Below are positions 1 through 10,400 of a stretch of DNA of 64,000 nt, piece by piece. Under the pieces are notes generated by a model. It ran no database searches, was not told where the DNA came from, and was given only the letters and a program-made list of their open reading frames with translations. The first letter of the stretch is position 1, and every line of letters starts with the position of its first letter. The DNA is from Candidatus Poribacteria bacterium. Its GTDB lineage: Bacteria; Poribacteria; WGA-4E; JAJDTR01. Both the position numbers and the translations under genes were made by a program. The DNA lies in assembly GCA_965222225.1 (NCBI GenBank), contig CBDCTK010000002.1, forward strand, positions 3,360,001 to 3,424,000, given 5' to 3'.

Positions 1-264
1 CTACACGACATGGGACCGGGGTTAGCCGATAATCGTCCCGATTTCCGTGCAGACGGTTCCGAATGGCGGACCCCGCCGTTATGGGGTATCGGGCTAATCA
101 AGACTGTCAACGGTCATACGAACCTCCTTCACGATGGCAGGGCGAGGGGCATTCTGGAAGCAATTTTGTGGCACGGCGGAGAAGCTGATGCCTCACGTGA
201 GGCAGTCCAGCAGATGTCCACAAGCGAACGCGAAGCCCTGATCGCTTTTCTGGAATCGCTGTAA
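1..264 (+). CDS. C-terminal part of di-heme oxidoreductase family protein (DUF1111-like), truncated by window edge
   Basis: Open frame from base 1: LHDMG...WRTPPLWGIG...LLHDGRAR...EAILWHGGEA...FLESL, the typical C-terminus of this family. Confidence 0.85.
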   Translation, partial: LHDMGPGLADNRPDFRADGSEWRTPPLWGIGLIKTVNGHTNLLHDGRARGILEAILWHGGEADASREAVQQMSTSEREALIAFLESL

Positions 265-641
265 ATCTTTAGGTACAAGAGAAAGTTCTACGGGAAACCC
301 CAAGCACGTCTCCCTGCCCCACCCATTCAAAGAATCAACCCCTTCTTCGCAGCGTTCTGTCACCCAACTCGCCCAAAAATGGATTGCCGAACCAAATAAA
401 CCTGCAAAAAAAATCAACAGGAGTGTTTACTTACGAATAATAAATTGCTACAATTGTACAAGATGCGATGCATTGTGGGTTTCCCTTATACCGGGAAAGG
501 TGTAACGAAGCGCTATAATTCCGTGGCCTCTTAGCCAATAAACGCTGCGTCAGCTCTTGAGCGCTCGTTTCTTAGAACATTTAGGGCATCTACGAAACTA
601 CTTTCTCGTACTCCAACTCTTGCTTTTCAGGAGAGAAACGC

Positions 642-3600
642 ATGAAAAAAACAACCTCTTTCTCCTGGATTCTCACCATTTGCACAGCGGTACTTGTGAT
701 CGTAGCACACTCAGGTTACCGTACCGCCTCCGCCGCCATCACCGGAAAGATTTCAGGCATCGTCAAGTCTGAAGCAACTCAGACCCCCGTCGGGGATGCC
801 AAGATTACCGTTGTTGGAACAAGTGACACCGCCACGACCAACCAGAGCGGATATTATGTTATCGCCAATATCGCGCCGGGAACTTACAATCTGAAAGTTG
901 GACGGGCGGGCTACAGCTCGCAAACCGTTATGGGCGCTAAGGTGTTTGCCGGTCTAACTACAACCCTGGATCTCGCTTTGGGTACTACCGAAGTTTTCAC
1001 GCTCGAAGAAATAACGGTAACCGCTGCCAAACCGCTGATTAAGCGCGATGTCACCCAATCAACGAGGATTATTGAAGCGGAGGAGATTGCCGCTATGCCC
1101 CGCGATACCGTGAATGGAATCCTTCAAATTCAGGCAGGTGTCTCGCAACTCAATTCCACCGGTACGCTCCACATTCGAGGCGGACGTTCAACGGAAGTCA
1201 AATACCTCATTGATGGCATTCCCGTGAACGATCCCATCGGCAGAAGTCTGGGCGTGAACATTAGCACGAATTCGCTTGAACAGATGGAAATTATCACCGG
1301 AGGATTCAACGCGGAACACGGCGATGCGCAATCCGGTGTGATAAATCTCATAACAAAAGCTGGGGCGCAAAACTTCACCGGCAGATTCAGGTACCGCGTC
1401 GGACAGTGGGCTTCCCATCACGGCGACCCGATATACGGTCCCTGGCTAGATCCCGACAGCGGCTTCCGTCCGGTGGCACTGGAACCCTTCAGGGGAATCT
1501 TCCTCGGCCAACCCTACGATTATCAAACCCCGTATCGTGGGCAGAGAATTACAGTGGAGGAGTTGGCAGCCCGAGAGGGCGATGCTCAGGTCGTCTTCAC
1601 GGAGATTGTCCCGGGCGTGTTTGCCGACAGGATGGAAAACCCGCTTCTTCCCGTCATTGATCCGGAGACCAACGAACCCAAACTGAACCCTGATACGGGC
1701 GAAGTCATTACGACGCCCCAACCTTATCGCGATACCGACGGTACCGTTATTGACTATGAGAACAAACAGGTTACCCTGTTAGACGGTTACATCGTAGATC
1801 TGAACCAGTACAACGGGCTGTTCAACGATACCAAGAAATACGACCTGCACCCAAGCCATATCGGGGAATTTTCGCTCAGCGGGCCGCTGTGGGGGAATCG
1901 GTTGACATTCGCCGCCAGTAGTCAGTTTCGGCGAGATGAGGGCTACCTGCCTAATGCCGATGGAAGGGGATACACAGTTCAGAGCAAACTCAAATTTGAA
2001 GTTACGCCTGACATCAAACTCACGGCAAGCGGGCTGTTCGATCGACGCGAAGCCGATTCCTATGGCGGTTCCCTTCGCTTTTTGCCCGGCGCGATCCCGG
2101 TTGCAGACAGGGATGGGCGGAGCCTGTCCCTGCAGCTTTCGCATAATCTCAACTCCGGCACTTTCTACACATTGACGCTCGGACAATTCCATCGCTCGTA
2201 TGAGAGCGGTCAACCGGGCAAACTATGGGATCCCTTGAACAAAACATTTGACGAAAACGCATGGGATTCGGAAAAATCCTATGAACAGAATCAGGAAGAG
2301 GGAAGAATCAGAAACCCGACCCGGCAGGCGTACAACGATACAAACTATTTCATTGCTGGAGATGACAACGCGTGGACAACCCGAGAATCAACTGCAAACA
2401 TATTTAAGGCGGATTTTTCCAGCCAAGTAACGGAGAATCACCAGATTCGCACAGGTGTTGAGCTATCGACGCACGAAATCTATAATCTCGGCACGACAAA
2501 TAATGGGAGTTCAAACCTCTACATGGAGTTTTATGATGTGACTCCTAGCTCCCTGAGTTTGTATGCGCAAGACAAGATGGAATATGAAGGGATGATTGTC
2601 AACGCAGGACTGCGGTACGAACTCTATAGTCCGGACGGTGCCTCCCCCGCCGATCCGTTAGATCCACTTGAACTTAACCCCGACGGGACAATCAAGTTGG
2701 ATAAAGACACCTACAAAGTTGGGTTGCCCATCATCAAAGATCCGGTCGATGCATCAGTCAAACAGATGCTCGCTCCTCGTCTCGGCATCTCATTCCCGAT
2801 TACCGATCGCGCAAAATTGCACTTTACCTATGGGCATTACTACCAGATTCCGCCTGGCGACGATCTCTATGAAAACCTTAATTTTGATATGCGGGGCGCC
2901 ATCCGAAGAAGAGGGAATCCCGATTTACAACCCGAGAAAACCGTCGCCTACGAAGTCGGGATAGCCCAGCAACTGACTCACGACCTGACGGTTGATGTTA
3001 CGGGGTTCACCAAGGATATCGACAAGCTGGTGAGTAGCGTCCATGTTGATATTATCAACGATTACAGCTATTTCATTAACGATATCTACGGTCGGGTTCA
3101 AGGATTTGAGCTTACCGCGCGCAAGTGGCGCATCGGACGCAGCCCAATTTCCGGCATGATTAATTACACCTATTCCGTCGCGAAGGGGAAGGGCTCCAGC
3201 CGAAATTTGGGCTATCTGACCTATTATCGGCAACAACCTGAAGTCACTGAAAGCCACCCTTTAGCCTGGGATCAGCGGCACGTAGTTTCCGGGACGTTGG
3301 ACATTCAATTGCCTTTTGATGCCGGTATCAACTTGATTGGCAACTACGGCAGCGGCTTGCCCTACACGCCAAATCCGAGTGCGCCGATTAAACCCGACGT
3401 AAACTCCAAGCGCTACCCGCCAACCTACAATGTTGACATGCTTCTGAGCAAGCGAATCCGGATTGGCGGGCTGACGTATACCTTCTTTGCCGATGTCCGG
3501 AATATCTTCAACACCAGAAATCTGGATGACATAATCGATCCGGTGACATACGACCGCTACGGCATCCCGCTCAACTCCAAGAAGCACTCAAGCCCGCTCT

Positions 3601-3650
3601 CTTGGAATTCACCACGTCTGATGATGATGGGGGTGAGTTTGGATTTTTAG
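642..3650 (+). CDS. TonB-dependent receptor with N-terminal carboxypeptidase-regulatory-like domain
   Basis: Signal peptide, GKISGIV domain, plug motif HIRGGRSTEVKYLIDGIPVND, TGGFNAEHG, GNPDLQPEKT, C-terminal Phe (VSLDF); AGGAG RBS upstream. Confidence 0.92.
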   Translation: MKKTTSFSWILTICTAVLVIVAHSGYRTASAAITGKISGIVKSEATQTPVGDAKITVVGTSDTATTNQSGYYVIANIAPGTYNLKVGRAGYSSQTVMGAKVFAGLTTTLDLALGTTEVFTLEEITVTAAKPLIKRDVTQSTRIIEAEEIAAMPRDTVNGILQIQAGVSQLNSTGTLHIRGGRSTEVKYLIDGIPVNDPIGRSLGVNISTNSLEQMEIITGGFNAEHGDAQSGVINLITKAGAQNFTGRFRYRVGQWASHHGDPIYGPWLDPDSGFRPVALEPFRGIFLGQPYDYQTPYRGQRITVEELAAREGDAQVVFTEIVPGVFADRMENPLLPVIDPETNEPKLNPDTGEVITTPQPYRDTDGTVIDYENKQVTLLDGYIVDLNQYNGLFNDTKKYDLHPSHIGEFSLSGPLWGNRLTFAASSQFRRDEGYLPNADGRGYTVQSKLKFEVTPDIKLTASGLFDRREADSYGGSLRFLPGAIPVADRDGRSLSLQLSHNLNSGTFYTLTLGQFHRSYESGQPGKLWDPLNKTFDENAWDSEKSYEQNQEEGRIRNPTRQAYNDTNYFIAGDDNAWTTRESTANIFKADFSSQVTENHQIRTGVELSTHEIYNLGTTNNGSSNLYMEFYDVTPSSLSLYAQDKMEYEGMIVNAGLRYELYSPDGASPADPLDPLELNPDGTIKLDKDTYKVGLPIIKDPVDASVKQMLAPRLGISFPITDRAKLHFTYGHYYQIPPGDDLYENLNFDMRGAIRRRGNPDLQPEKTVAYEVGIAQQLTHDLTVDVTGFTKDIDKLVSSVHVDIINDYSYFINDIYGRVQGFELTARKWRIGRSPISGMINYTYSVAKGKGSSRNLGYLTYYRQQPEVTESHPLAWDQRHVVSGTLDIQLPFDAGINLIGNYGSGLPYTPNPSAPIKPDVNSKRYPPTYNVDMLLSKRIRIGGLTYTFFADVRNIFNTRNLDDIIDPVTYDRYGIPLNSKKHSSPLSWNSPRLMMMGVSLDF

Positions 3651-4124
3651 ATGAAGAATATGAACTGGGATCCCGAACAAATTAGGGATGATTTTTTAAG
3701 CGTTGCTAGGGTGGCAGGAATTGACATTCGGCGCGACGCTATCTGCATTGACCCTCTGGAGATGCCGCACACCCCCCCAAGTCTACCGCGGGGAAAAATG
3801 GCGGTATATGTCTTCTGCGATACAAGGAACGTTCTGAAGGTGGGGAGAGCCGGACCGAAATCTGGAGCTCGGTATAAGAGCCATCATTACAGCCCGAGCA
3901 GGGCGAAAAGCACTTTGGCGGCATCACTGCTGAGAGATGAATGCGCAGTGAAGAGATATAACCTGAATGAGGAGAACGTGGGCGGCTGGATTATGAAATG
4001 CACAGACCGCGTAAATTTCCTACTTGATGCCAACATCCCCAAGAGGAAGTGGGGGCTCAATTTGTTGGAGGCGTTCGTCCAGTGCAGGTTGCAACCGGTC
4101 TATGAGGGAAAGCAAGAATCGTAA
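3651..4124 (+). CDS. Hypothetical protein, possible GIY-YIG-like nuclease
   Basis: AVYVF-x7-LKVGRA...R...LLEAFV...LQPVYE resembles the GIY-YIG layout; starts immediately after the receptor stop codon. Confidence 0.5.
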   Translation: MKNMNWDPEQIRDDFLSVARVAGIDIRRDAICIDPLEMPHTPPSLPRGKMAVYVFCDTRNVLKVGRAGPKSGARYKSHHYSPSRAKSTLAASLLRDECAVKRYNLNEENVGGWIMKCTDRVNFLLDANIPKRKWGLNLLEAFVQCRLQPVYEGKQES

Positions 4125-4127
4125 AGG

Positions 4128-4436
4128 GTGATAATTATGTCAACAACCATACAAGGCGTGTATCGCGACGGTAAGATTGAACTCTTGACAACGCCCCGCG
4201 ACGTGTCTGACGATACCCCCGTAATCGTAACCTTTCTGGCGTCCAATTCCATAAATTTAAGGGAACGCGGTATTGACGAAGCACAAGCGGTAGTTTTGCG
4301 TGGGCGTTTGGAATCCTTTGCCGAAGACTGGGAAAGTCCTGAGATGAATGCCTATGACAACTATGAAGAGGCAAAATCCAACCTACAAATTAACGAGCAC
4401 AGTAGAAAAAAGCAGATTGTCTCGAAAGAGTTGTAA
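4128..4436 (+). CDS. Small antitoxin-like protein (AF2212/DUF104-like N-terminus)
   Basis: TIQGVYRDGKIELL...VIVTFL and acidic FAEDWESPEM tail; similar in plan to 6903..7115. Confidence 0.5.
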   Translation: MIIMSTTIQGVYRDGKIELLTTPRDVSDDTPVIVTFLASNSINLRERGIDEAQAVVLRGRLESFAEDWESPEMNAYDNYEEAKSNLQINEHSRKKQIVSKEL

Positions 4437-4475
4437 TGGTCTAGTAGAATGCAGACACTCGCAACTCTCGCTCTT

Positions 4476-4541
4476 GCGCTCCAGCGGAGTGCGATGTCTA
4501 TAGCACGCGTAGAACTTCTTGCCTTCTGCTCCAGAGGAGTA
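4476..4541. repeat. Pair of REP-like short palindromes
   Basis: GCGCTCCAGCGGAGTGC (4476-4492) and TGCTCCAGAGGAGTA (4527-4541), intergenic. Confidence 0.5.
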
Positions 4542-4650
4542 GCATGTTTGTAAAAATGGACACAGCCTCCTCCATTGTTCCAAGTCCACACAGAAGGCAA
4601 ACTCTATTCTTAAATTTGCTCAAGATTTCGGTTCGGGTAGAAAATTCGAA

Positions 4651-5388
4651 ATGAAGCAACCTAGAGAGTCTGATATCACCGCTTTAACGGCGAAGTTGGA
4701 ACAGATTGCACCGCATGTAAGCAAGCGCGATGATCCGGGTAGGTCACATCCTCCTGCTGTTCAAACCATTGACTGCGTCCTCTCACTCAATAGACCGTAC
4801 GACAAGTTTGTGGTTCCCCGACTGAAGGTATTCATGAATCGGCATTCTGAGATACGCCGTGTCACACAATTGTCCGACTTGATGGCTGGATATTCAACAC
4901 CTCATGAGTTCGTGGTAAATGAACTTAAGTACAATCATGAAGATCGCGCAAGGATTCTTCAGTCCGTCGTAACCTTCGTTCGTTCAGTTGTTGAACAATC
5001 ACCAACAACTCCCGAAGAAGATACGCTCAAACTCTGGGCAATGTGCGCCGAGCCCCAGGATTTCCAAACACTGAACATTAAGGGTTTTGGACTTGCGGGT
5101 TTTCAGTATCTCCGAATGCTCTTCGGCGCAGAGACCACGAAGCCTGACATGCACATTCGCGGATTCATATCTGAAGTTTTAGACCGAAATGTGTCCGACC
5201 TTATGGCACTTGCCCTTCTGGAAGCGGCTTCGGAACGTGCCGGCCTCTCCGTGCGAGATGTTGACAAGTACATTTGGAGGAGTAGAGCGCGGCGGGACAA
5301 ATCCAAATTATCAAAGCGCGAAGAAATGACAGACACCACCTCACCAAATGACGAATTACGTCCCGAGTACGACAAAACATCGCTGTAA
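4651..5388 (+). CDS. Hypothetical protein with helix-hairpin-helix / HhH-GPD-like motif
   Basis: LNIKGFGLAGFQYLRMLFGAETTKPDMHI and downstream VRDVDKYIW; last 20 residues coincide with the start of an antitoxin-like gene. Confidence 0.5.
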   Translation: MKQPRESDITALTAKLEQIAPHVSKRDDPGRSHPPAVQTIDCVLSLNRPYDKFVVPRLKVFMNRHSEIRRVTQLSDLMAGYSTPHEFVVNELKYNHEDRARILQSVVTFVRSVVEQSPTTPEEDTLKLWAMCAEPQDFQTLNIKGFGLAGFQYLRMLFGAETTKPDMHIRGFISEVLDRNVSDLMALALLEAASERAGLSVRDVDKYIWRSRARRDKSKLSKREEMTDTTSPNDELRPEYDKTSL

Positions 5389-5559
5389 AATGGGATTCGT
5401 GGAAAATATGTGGGGCAATATGCTGCGGGTACAAACATTGTTCGTCTCGCACCAGATGTTGCCGCCGCTTTCCCTAACGAAGAAGCTGTGAATGAAGCGT
5501 TACGATTCGTATTGAAGCTAATGGAGGACGCAAGACATCTAAGCCGCCATCGCGATTGA
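5326..5559 (+). pseudogene. BrnA/CopG-like antitoxin interrupted by in-frame TAA at 5386-5388
   Basis: Reads MTDTTSPNDELRPEYDKTSL*NGIRGKYVGQYAAGTNIVRLAPDVAAAFPNEEAVNEALRFVL in a single frame. Confidence 0.7.
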
Positions 5560-5640
5560 TGGAGATTCCCGGTTCGTCGGGGGCTTTCGCCAAACCCAGT
5601 CCTCGCACGATCTATACCTGACTTTCAGGAGAAGTAGAAC

Positions 5641-6229
5641 ATGAAATTTGATTACTTCACCACTCTGTTTCCAATCCTGTCAGGGGTAATGGGAATTTTT
5701 ATTCTGATAACTGGACTTAAAGGGCTCTTGACCAAGCGGCCTTTTTTAATCTCAAATCGCTGGCTGCTCGCGATGATGTTTGTCTTTCTCGCACCGCAGG
5801 GTCTTTCCCCCTTGTTCATTTTGGATGGCGATCCCATAAGTTGGGTATTCCCGTTTCTATACGGGGCAATTCTGGTATTGATGTGGTATCTACTGAAAGG
5901 CTATGTCGCATTCGCTGTCACAGAAACCTCCGTTCGTGAGGCGCTGCTCGCAGCACTCCAAAGGTTAGAATTACCCTATGAAGAAAGTCTTTCCCTAATA
6001 CGGCTTACATCTGTCAATGCCGATTTGCAAGTAGCTGTCCAATCCTGGATGGGAACGGGCACGTCTGGCGGTGCTTAGAGAGATTGTTAATACGATGAAC
6101 GAATACTTCCGCACGTCATCCGTATCGACAAATATGGTTACCTGTATTTTATGGGTAGTCATAGGAGCGGCACTTCTTATCTTCTCCGGAATTTACATGT
6201 TCTTCATTTTGAAACCTCTTAATCTCTAG
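5641..6229 (+). pseudogene. Frameshifted paralog of the adjacent membrane protein
   Basis: Collinear with 6242..6856 up to SWMGTGT; a short deletion near 6064 shifts the homologous tail (REIVNTMNEYFRTSSVSTNM) into another frame ending at 6229. Confidence 0.75.
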
Positions 6230-6241
6230 GAGACATAGAAC

Positions 6242-6856
6242 ATGGAACTCGACTACTTCGATACGATATATTCGGTTCTCTTTCCAATAATGTTTGGAAT
6301 CATGGCAATCTTTTTCTTGGGAATTGGGCTTAGGGCTATCTTAACCAAGCGACCCTTCTTGGTCTCAAACAGATGGTTGCTTTCAATGATGTTTGTTGTT
6401 TTGGTGCCGTGCATTGTATTGTCCTTGACGTCTTTATCTAGCGATATCATGGATTGGATAAGCCCTCTGCTCTATGGGGTTATCCTGCTGATGATGTGGT
6501 ATCAATTGAAGGGTTACGTTGCATACGCCGTCACAGACGCCTCGTTTCGTGAGGCGCTGCTCGCTGCGCTCCAAAGGCTACAGTTGCCCTACGAAGAAAG
6601 CCTTTCCGTGATACGGCTCACATCTGTCAATGCCGACATGCAAGTAGCCGTTCAATCCTGGATGGGAACGGGCACGATTAAAGTCAAACAACGCGAACAC
6701 CGAGCCGTACTCACAGAGGTCGTCAAGGCGATGAACGACTATTTTCGAACGTCGTCTGTATCTACGAATATGATTACTTCAGTTTTTATGGTCGTTCTAG
6801 GGGTAGTCATGACTATTCTCGCACTCGAGCGGACCTTCTTCAAAGGCATCTTCTAA
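6242..6856 (+). CDS. Hypothetical integral membrane protein (about 4 TM segments)
   Basis: AGGAG RBS, hydrophobic segments, tandem paralog upstream. Confidence 0.8.
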   Translation: MELDYFDTIYSVLFPIMFGIMAIFFLGIGLRAILTKRPFLVSNRWLLSMMFVVLVPCIVLSLTSLSSDIMDWISPLLYGVILLMMWYQLKGYVAYAVTDASFREALLAALQRLQLPYEESLSVIRLTSVNADMQVAVQSWMGTGTIKVKQREHRAVLTEVVKAMNDYFRTSSVSTNMITSVFMVVLGVVMTILALERTFFKGIF

Positions 6857-6902
6857 TCGGATGATGGCGGAGATTCTTGGCTTTATGAATGGGAGGTAAA
6901 CA

Positions 6903-7115
6903 ATGCGACAATCTATTGAAGCTACAATTGATGAACAAGGCAACGTGCGATTACTAGAGCCAATCCAATTGTCAGAACCGCGACGAGCCGTTGTGACGAT
7001 TCTCACCGATGAGCGAGATTGTTCTGAAACCGCATTGCTCAGTGAAGCCGCGCTCGCTGAAGACTGGAAGCGTCCGGAAGAGGATGCCGCATGGTCGTAC
7101 CTACAACAGGAGTAG
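6903..7115 (+). CDS. Putative antitoxin upstream of PemK/MazF-like toxin
   Basis: GGAGG RBS; IEATIDEQGNVRLLEP...LSEAALAEDW-x-RPEEDAAW; overlaps toxin start. Confidence 0.7.
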   Translation: MRQSIEATIDEQGNVRLLEPIQLSEPRRAVVTILTDERDCSETALLSEAALAEDWKRPEEDAAWSYLQQE

Positions 7116-7434
7116 TTGTCTTAGTTCCTTTTCCATTTTCTGACTTATCACAAGCGAAGTTGAGACCTGCGGTTGTGTTGGCACACGCGGGTCGGGGGAT
7201 TGGATTCTCTGCCAAATTACCAGCCAGCAATATGAGGATCGCCAAGTGATTACGCTGTCTCACGCCAGTTTTGCTGAGGGTTCGTTGCGTGTGGAAAGTT
7301 ATGCACGTCCAGGGAAGTTATTCACTGCCAACCGTAATCTAATGGTAAAAGAGGTCGGCATCTTGAAATCGGATGTGTTCGGGCAGATTATCAGTGCGGT
7401 TATCAACATTCTCAGTGGAGGTCTTACTCCATGA
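7091..7434 (+). pseudogene. PemK/MazF-family toxin with 1-nt frameshift in G-run 7194-7198
   Basis: MVVPTTGVVVLVPFPFSDLSQAKLRPAVVLA then, after adding one G, DWILCQITS...SYARPGKLFTA. Confidence 0.8.
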
Positions 7435-7499
7435 ATGAAATAGTCGTTGATTCACCTAATGTAAGCAAGGAATCCTCACCTCATATTTTACGAGCAAAT

Positions 7500-10400
7500 A
7501 TGAAACTCACGAAACAGGGCCAAGGCGCAAATCTCTCCCAGATAACACGGCTCATAGCTGCGTTATTCATCATTTCAAACCTGCCCGCAGTGGCGGGCGT
7601 AGATTGGAAGGCGCTTGATGTGGGCAACCTATCCTCTGCCGTCTATAACACCGCGGTTGTCGGTTATCCAAGCAACCCGACCCTAAACCCTTCGGGATGG
7701 TGGCCCGCCGGAACAAACGACTCCTACATCTACGAGGGTGACATCTGGATCGGCGCCAAGAAGGGCGGAGAGGTTGGCGTCTCCTTCTCCGATGGGCGGC
7801 AGTCCGAAATCTGGCCCACCGATGATGCGCCGGAGATTATTTCAAACAAACCGGGTGTGACGACAAAAGGAACACCGACGGGTCAATCAATCTGGTTCAA
7901 ATGCACCGACACCAACCCCGAGGCGAATCGCGAACTAATCCTCGGATTAGAGATTGAGGCCAACGGATTCCAATGGAGTTACGCGCCGCTCTACGATTTC
8001 TTCATCCTGGAGTACAAAGTCACCAATGTGGGTAGCGACACCTTGGAAGATGCATTCATGGCGTTCCGCTACGATGTGGACGTCTCTAGTAGTGAAACCG
8101 GCACGGCGAACTACTCCGCTGATGACTTTATCGCGCTGGACCAGACTCCCGACGCCCTTAATCCCGACGCCCACCCGAACCGCTACCTATCTTACGGATT
8201 CTCCAACGCTTCGGCGCCCGGCTATATTGGCTTGCGTGTTTTGGACGCTTACGTTGGCGATAACCCGCAGAACGCTAACGCGAAGATTCCTTTTACAGCC
8301 CACAAACGGATTACGATTTCCACCGATCCATCGACCGCTGCCGAGATGTACGCCTTAATCAGTACTTCCGGTGTCGATCCTCTGCCCGCAAACTACGACG
8401 ATCAGCGTTTCATTCAGTCTTACGGTCCCATAGAGTCGCTTGCTCCCGGTCAGACGTTTAACATCATAGCAGCGGTGGCAATCGGCGAAGGACTTGAGGG
8501 GCTGCAAGCATCGTCGGACTGGGCACAGAAGCTGTATGACGATGACTATGTCGCACCGGCGCCGCCGCCGTCCCCGAAGGTAGCGGCATACCCCTCCGAT
8601 GGACAGGTGACGCTCGTATGGGAGAGCGCCGGGGGCTGGGTTCATGAAGGAGTCAATAAGAGTATTGAGGAATACATTGATATAACCGATCCGGAGAAGA
8701 TATTCGAGGGCTATAGAGTCTACCGGCGAGATACCTCTTACGATGAATCCACGGGCGACCCCGTGCAAGACTGGATAATGCTGGCGGAATTTGACAAACC
8801 CAGCGCAACCGGCAATTTTCTCACCGTGGCGCATGTCGGTAAACAGTCAGATGCTACGATTGTGGCGATGGGCGATGAACCCTACTTTGCCGATTTCTTC
8901 AAAAATGCTATTTATGTAATCAAGTTCAATTCTAGCACCACCTATGAGGTAATCAACACGACGCTTTGGGAAGTGATGGCGTATAATCCTCAATTCCCGG
9001 CAGACGGCGGCGGGTACGTCGTTTTAAAGGATCCTGCAACAGGCGAACCTTATCCCGACGGCGAGTATCGTTCCGGCGCTCTTATCTACTTTGGCGGGTT
9101 GTACGTACAGATTTCGGATGGTCCCTCGGGGCCCCCTGTCGCTGGCGACATCTTCCGCATTGTTTCCACGCCCTCACAAGCGCTCGGCGAAGACGCTGGC
9201 ATCAAGACTTTCTATACCGATGACGGATTGACGAACGGGATTCAATACACCTACGCCGTTACCTCATTCGATACCGGCAACCCCAAAACCGGGCTTATCG
9301 CGATGGAGAGCAGCCAGATTGAGACTATGGTTCACGCGACTCCGCGCGCGAATCCCGCAGGGCATCGTCACGCCACTGCCGAGTTAGAGGACACCGCCTT
9401 TCAGCGTACGGGCAGCGTCACTATCGAACCAATGCTGCTTGCCCCCAAGAAGGTGACGGGACATCAATATAAGATTGTTTGGTATGGAGCTAAACCAATT
9501 GATGCCGGCGCATTTATCACGGGACCCGGCTATCAACCCCCCGCTTATGAAATCATTGACACGACTACGAATCAAATAGTAGTACAAAAACAACCCTTTG
9601 AGTGGTATGATCCGGGGCACGGAGCTGTTGAAGTGCTTTCCCCGATGTTCGATGGAATCGTCCTGAGGATAAAAGGGGTTGACGTGACCTACGAGAGTCC
9701 GACCGAAAATCCAATCAATAATGTAGAATTATCGAACGGCTCGGTGACAGGTTGGAATGTGGACGTTCAGTCTCCCGGCGCCGGGGAGAACACCTGGCCG
9801 AACATCTTTTGGGCAACCTATTATCGTCCGCATACCTACTCGATAACCTTTGTCGACGATACACATGTCAAAGTGGTGGATGAAGATACAAGCGAAGAAA
9901 TTCAATTCAATTCCGAGCGTGCCGATGGCTACGCCATTCTGACAGGCTCGGGTTGGCTTGACGAATATATCCCGGACGACACTCCCGGTTTCTTTCGGAT
10001 CTTCATACGGGGTGCATACGTTTTCATCAGAGATCCCAACGGTGACATTTCCGCCGGGGATGAATTCACCGTTGAAATGGGCGGGATTGGCGCCCCTCAA
10101 GACGGCGACGAGTTGCTGCTCAATACCGGCAGCGAGACGCTCATCGCCGATGACATTCGTGCTGATCTGGATCGAATCCGCGTCGTACCGAATCCTTACT
10201 TCGTCACGAACCGGGCTGTGATTTCTGAAGGAACGGACAAAATCTTCTTTACCCATCTCCCGCCGAGATGCACGGTGCGAATTTATACCTTGGCTGGCGA
10301 GTTGGTGCGAGAAATTGAACATGAACACACCTCGCCCTTCAATCCCGATGAGCGATTGGCACAGGGTGACAAGGGCGGCACGGAAACGTTTAATCTTCTC

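Noticed and set aside
445-462. Palindrome TACAATTGTA upstream of the TonB receptor as an operator
   Set aside because: Single 10-bp palindrome with no second copy or regulator gene to support it.
3651-7434. Integron cassette array
   Set aside because: No integrase and no convincing repeated RYYYAAC...GTTRRRY attC sites seen by eye; some genes abut with no room for attC.
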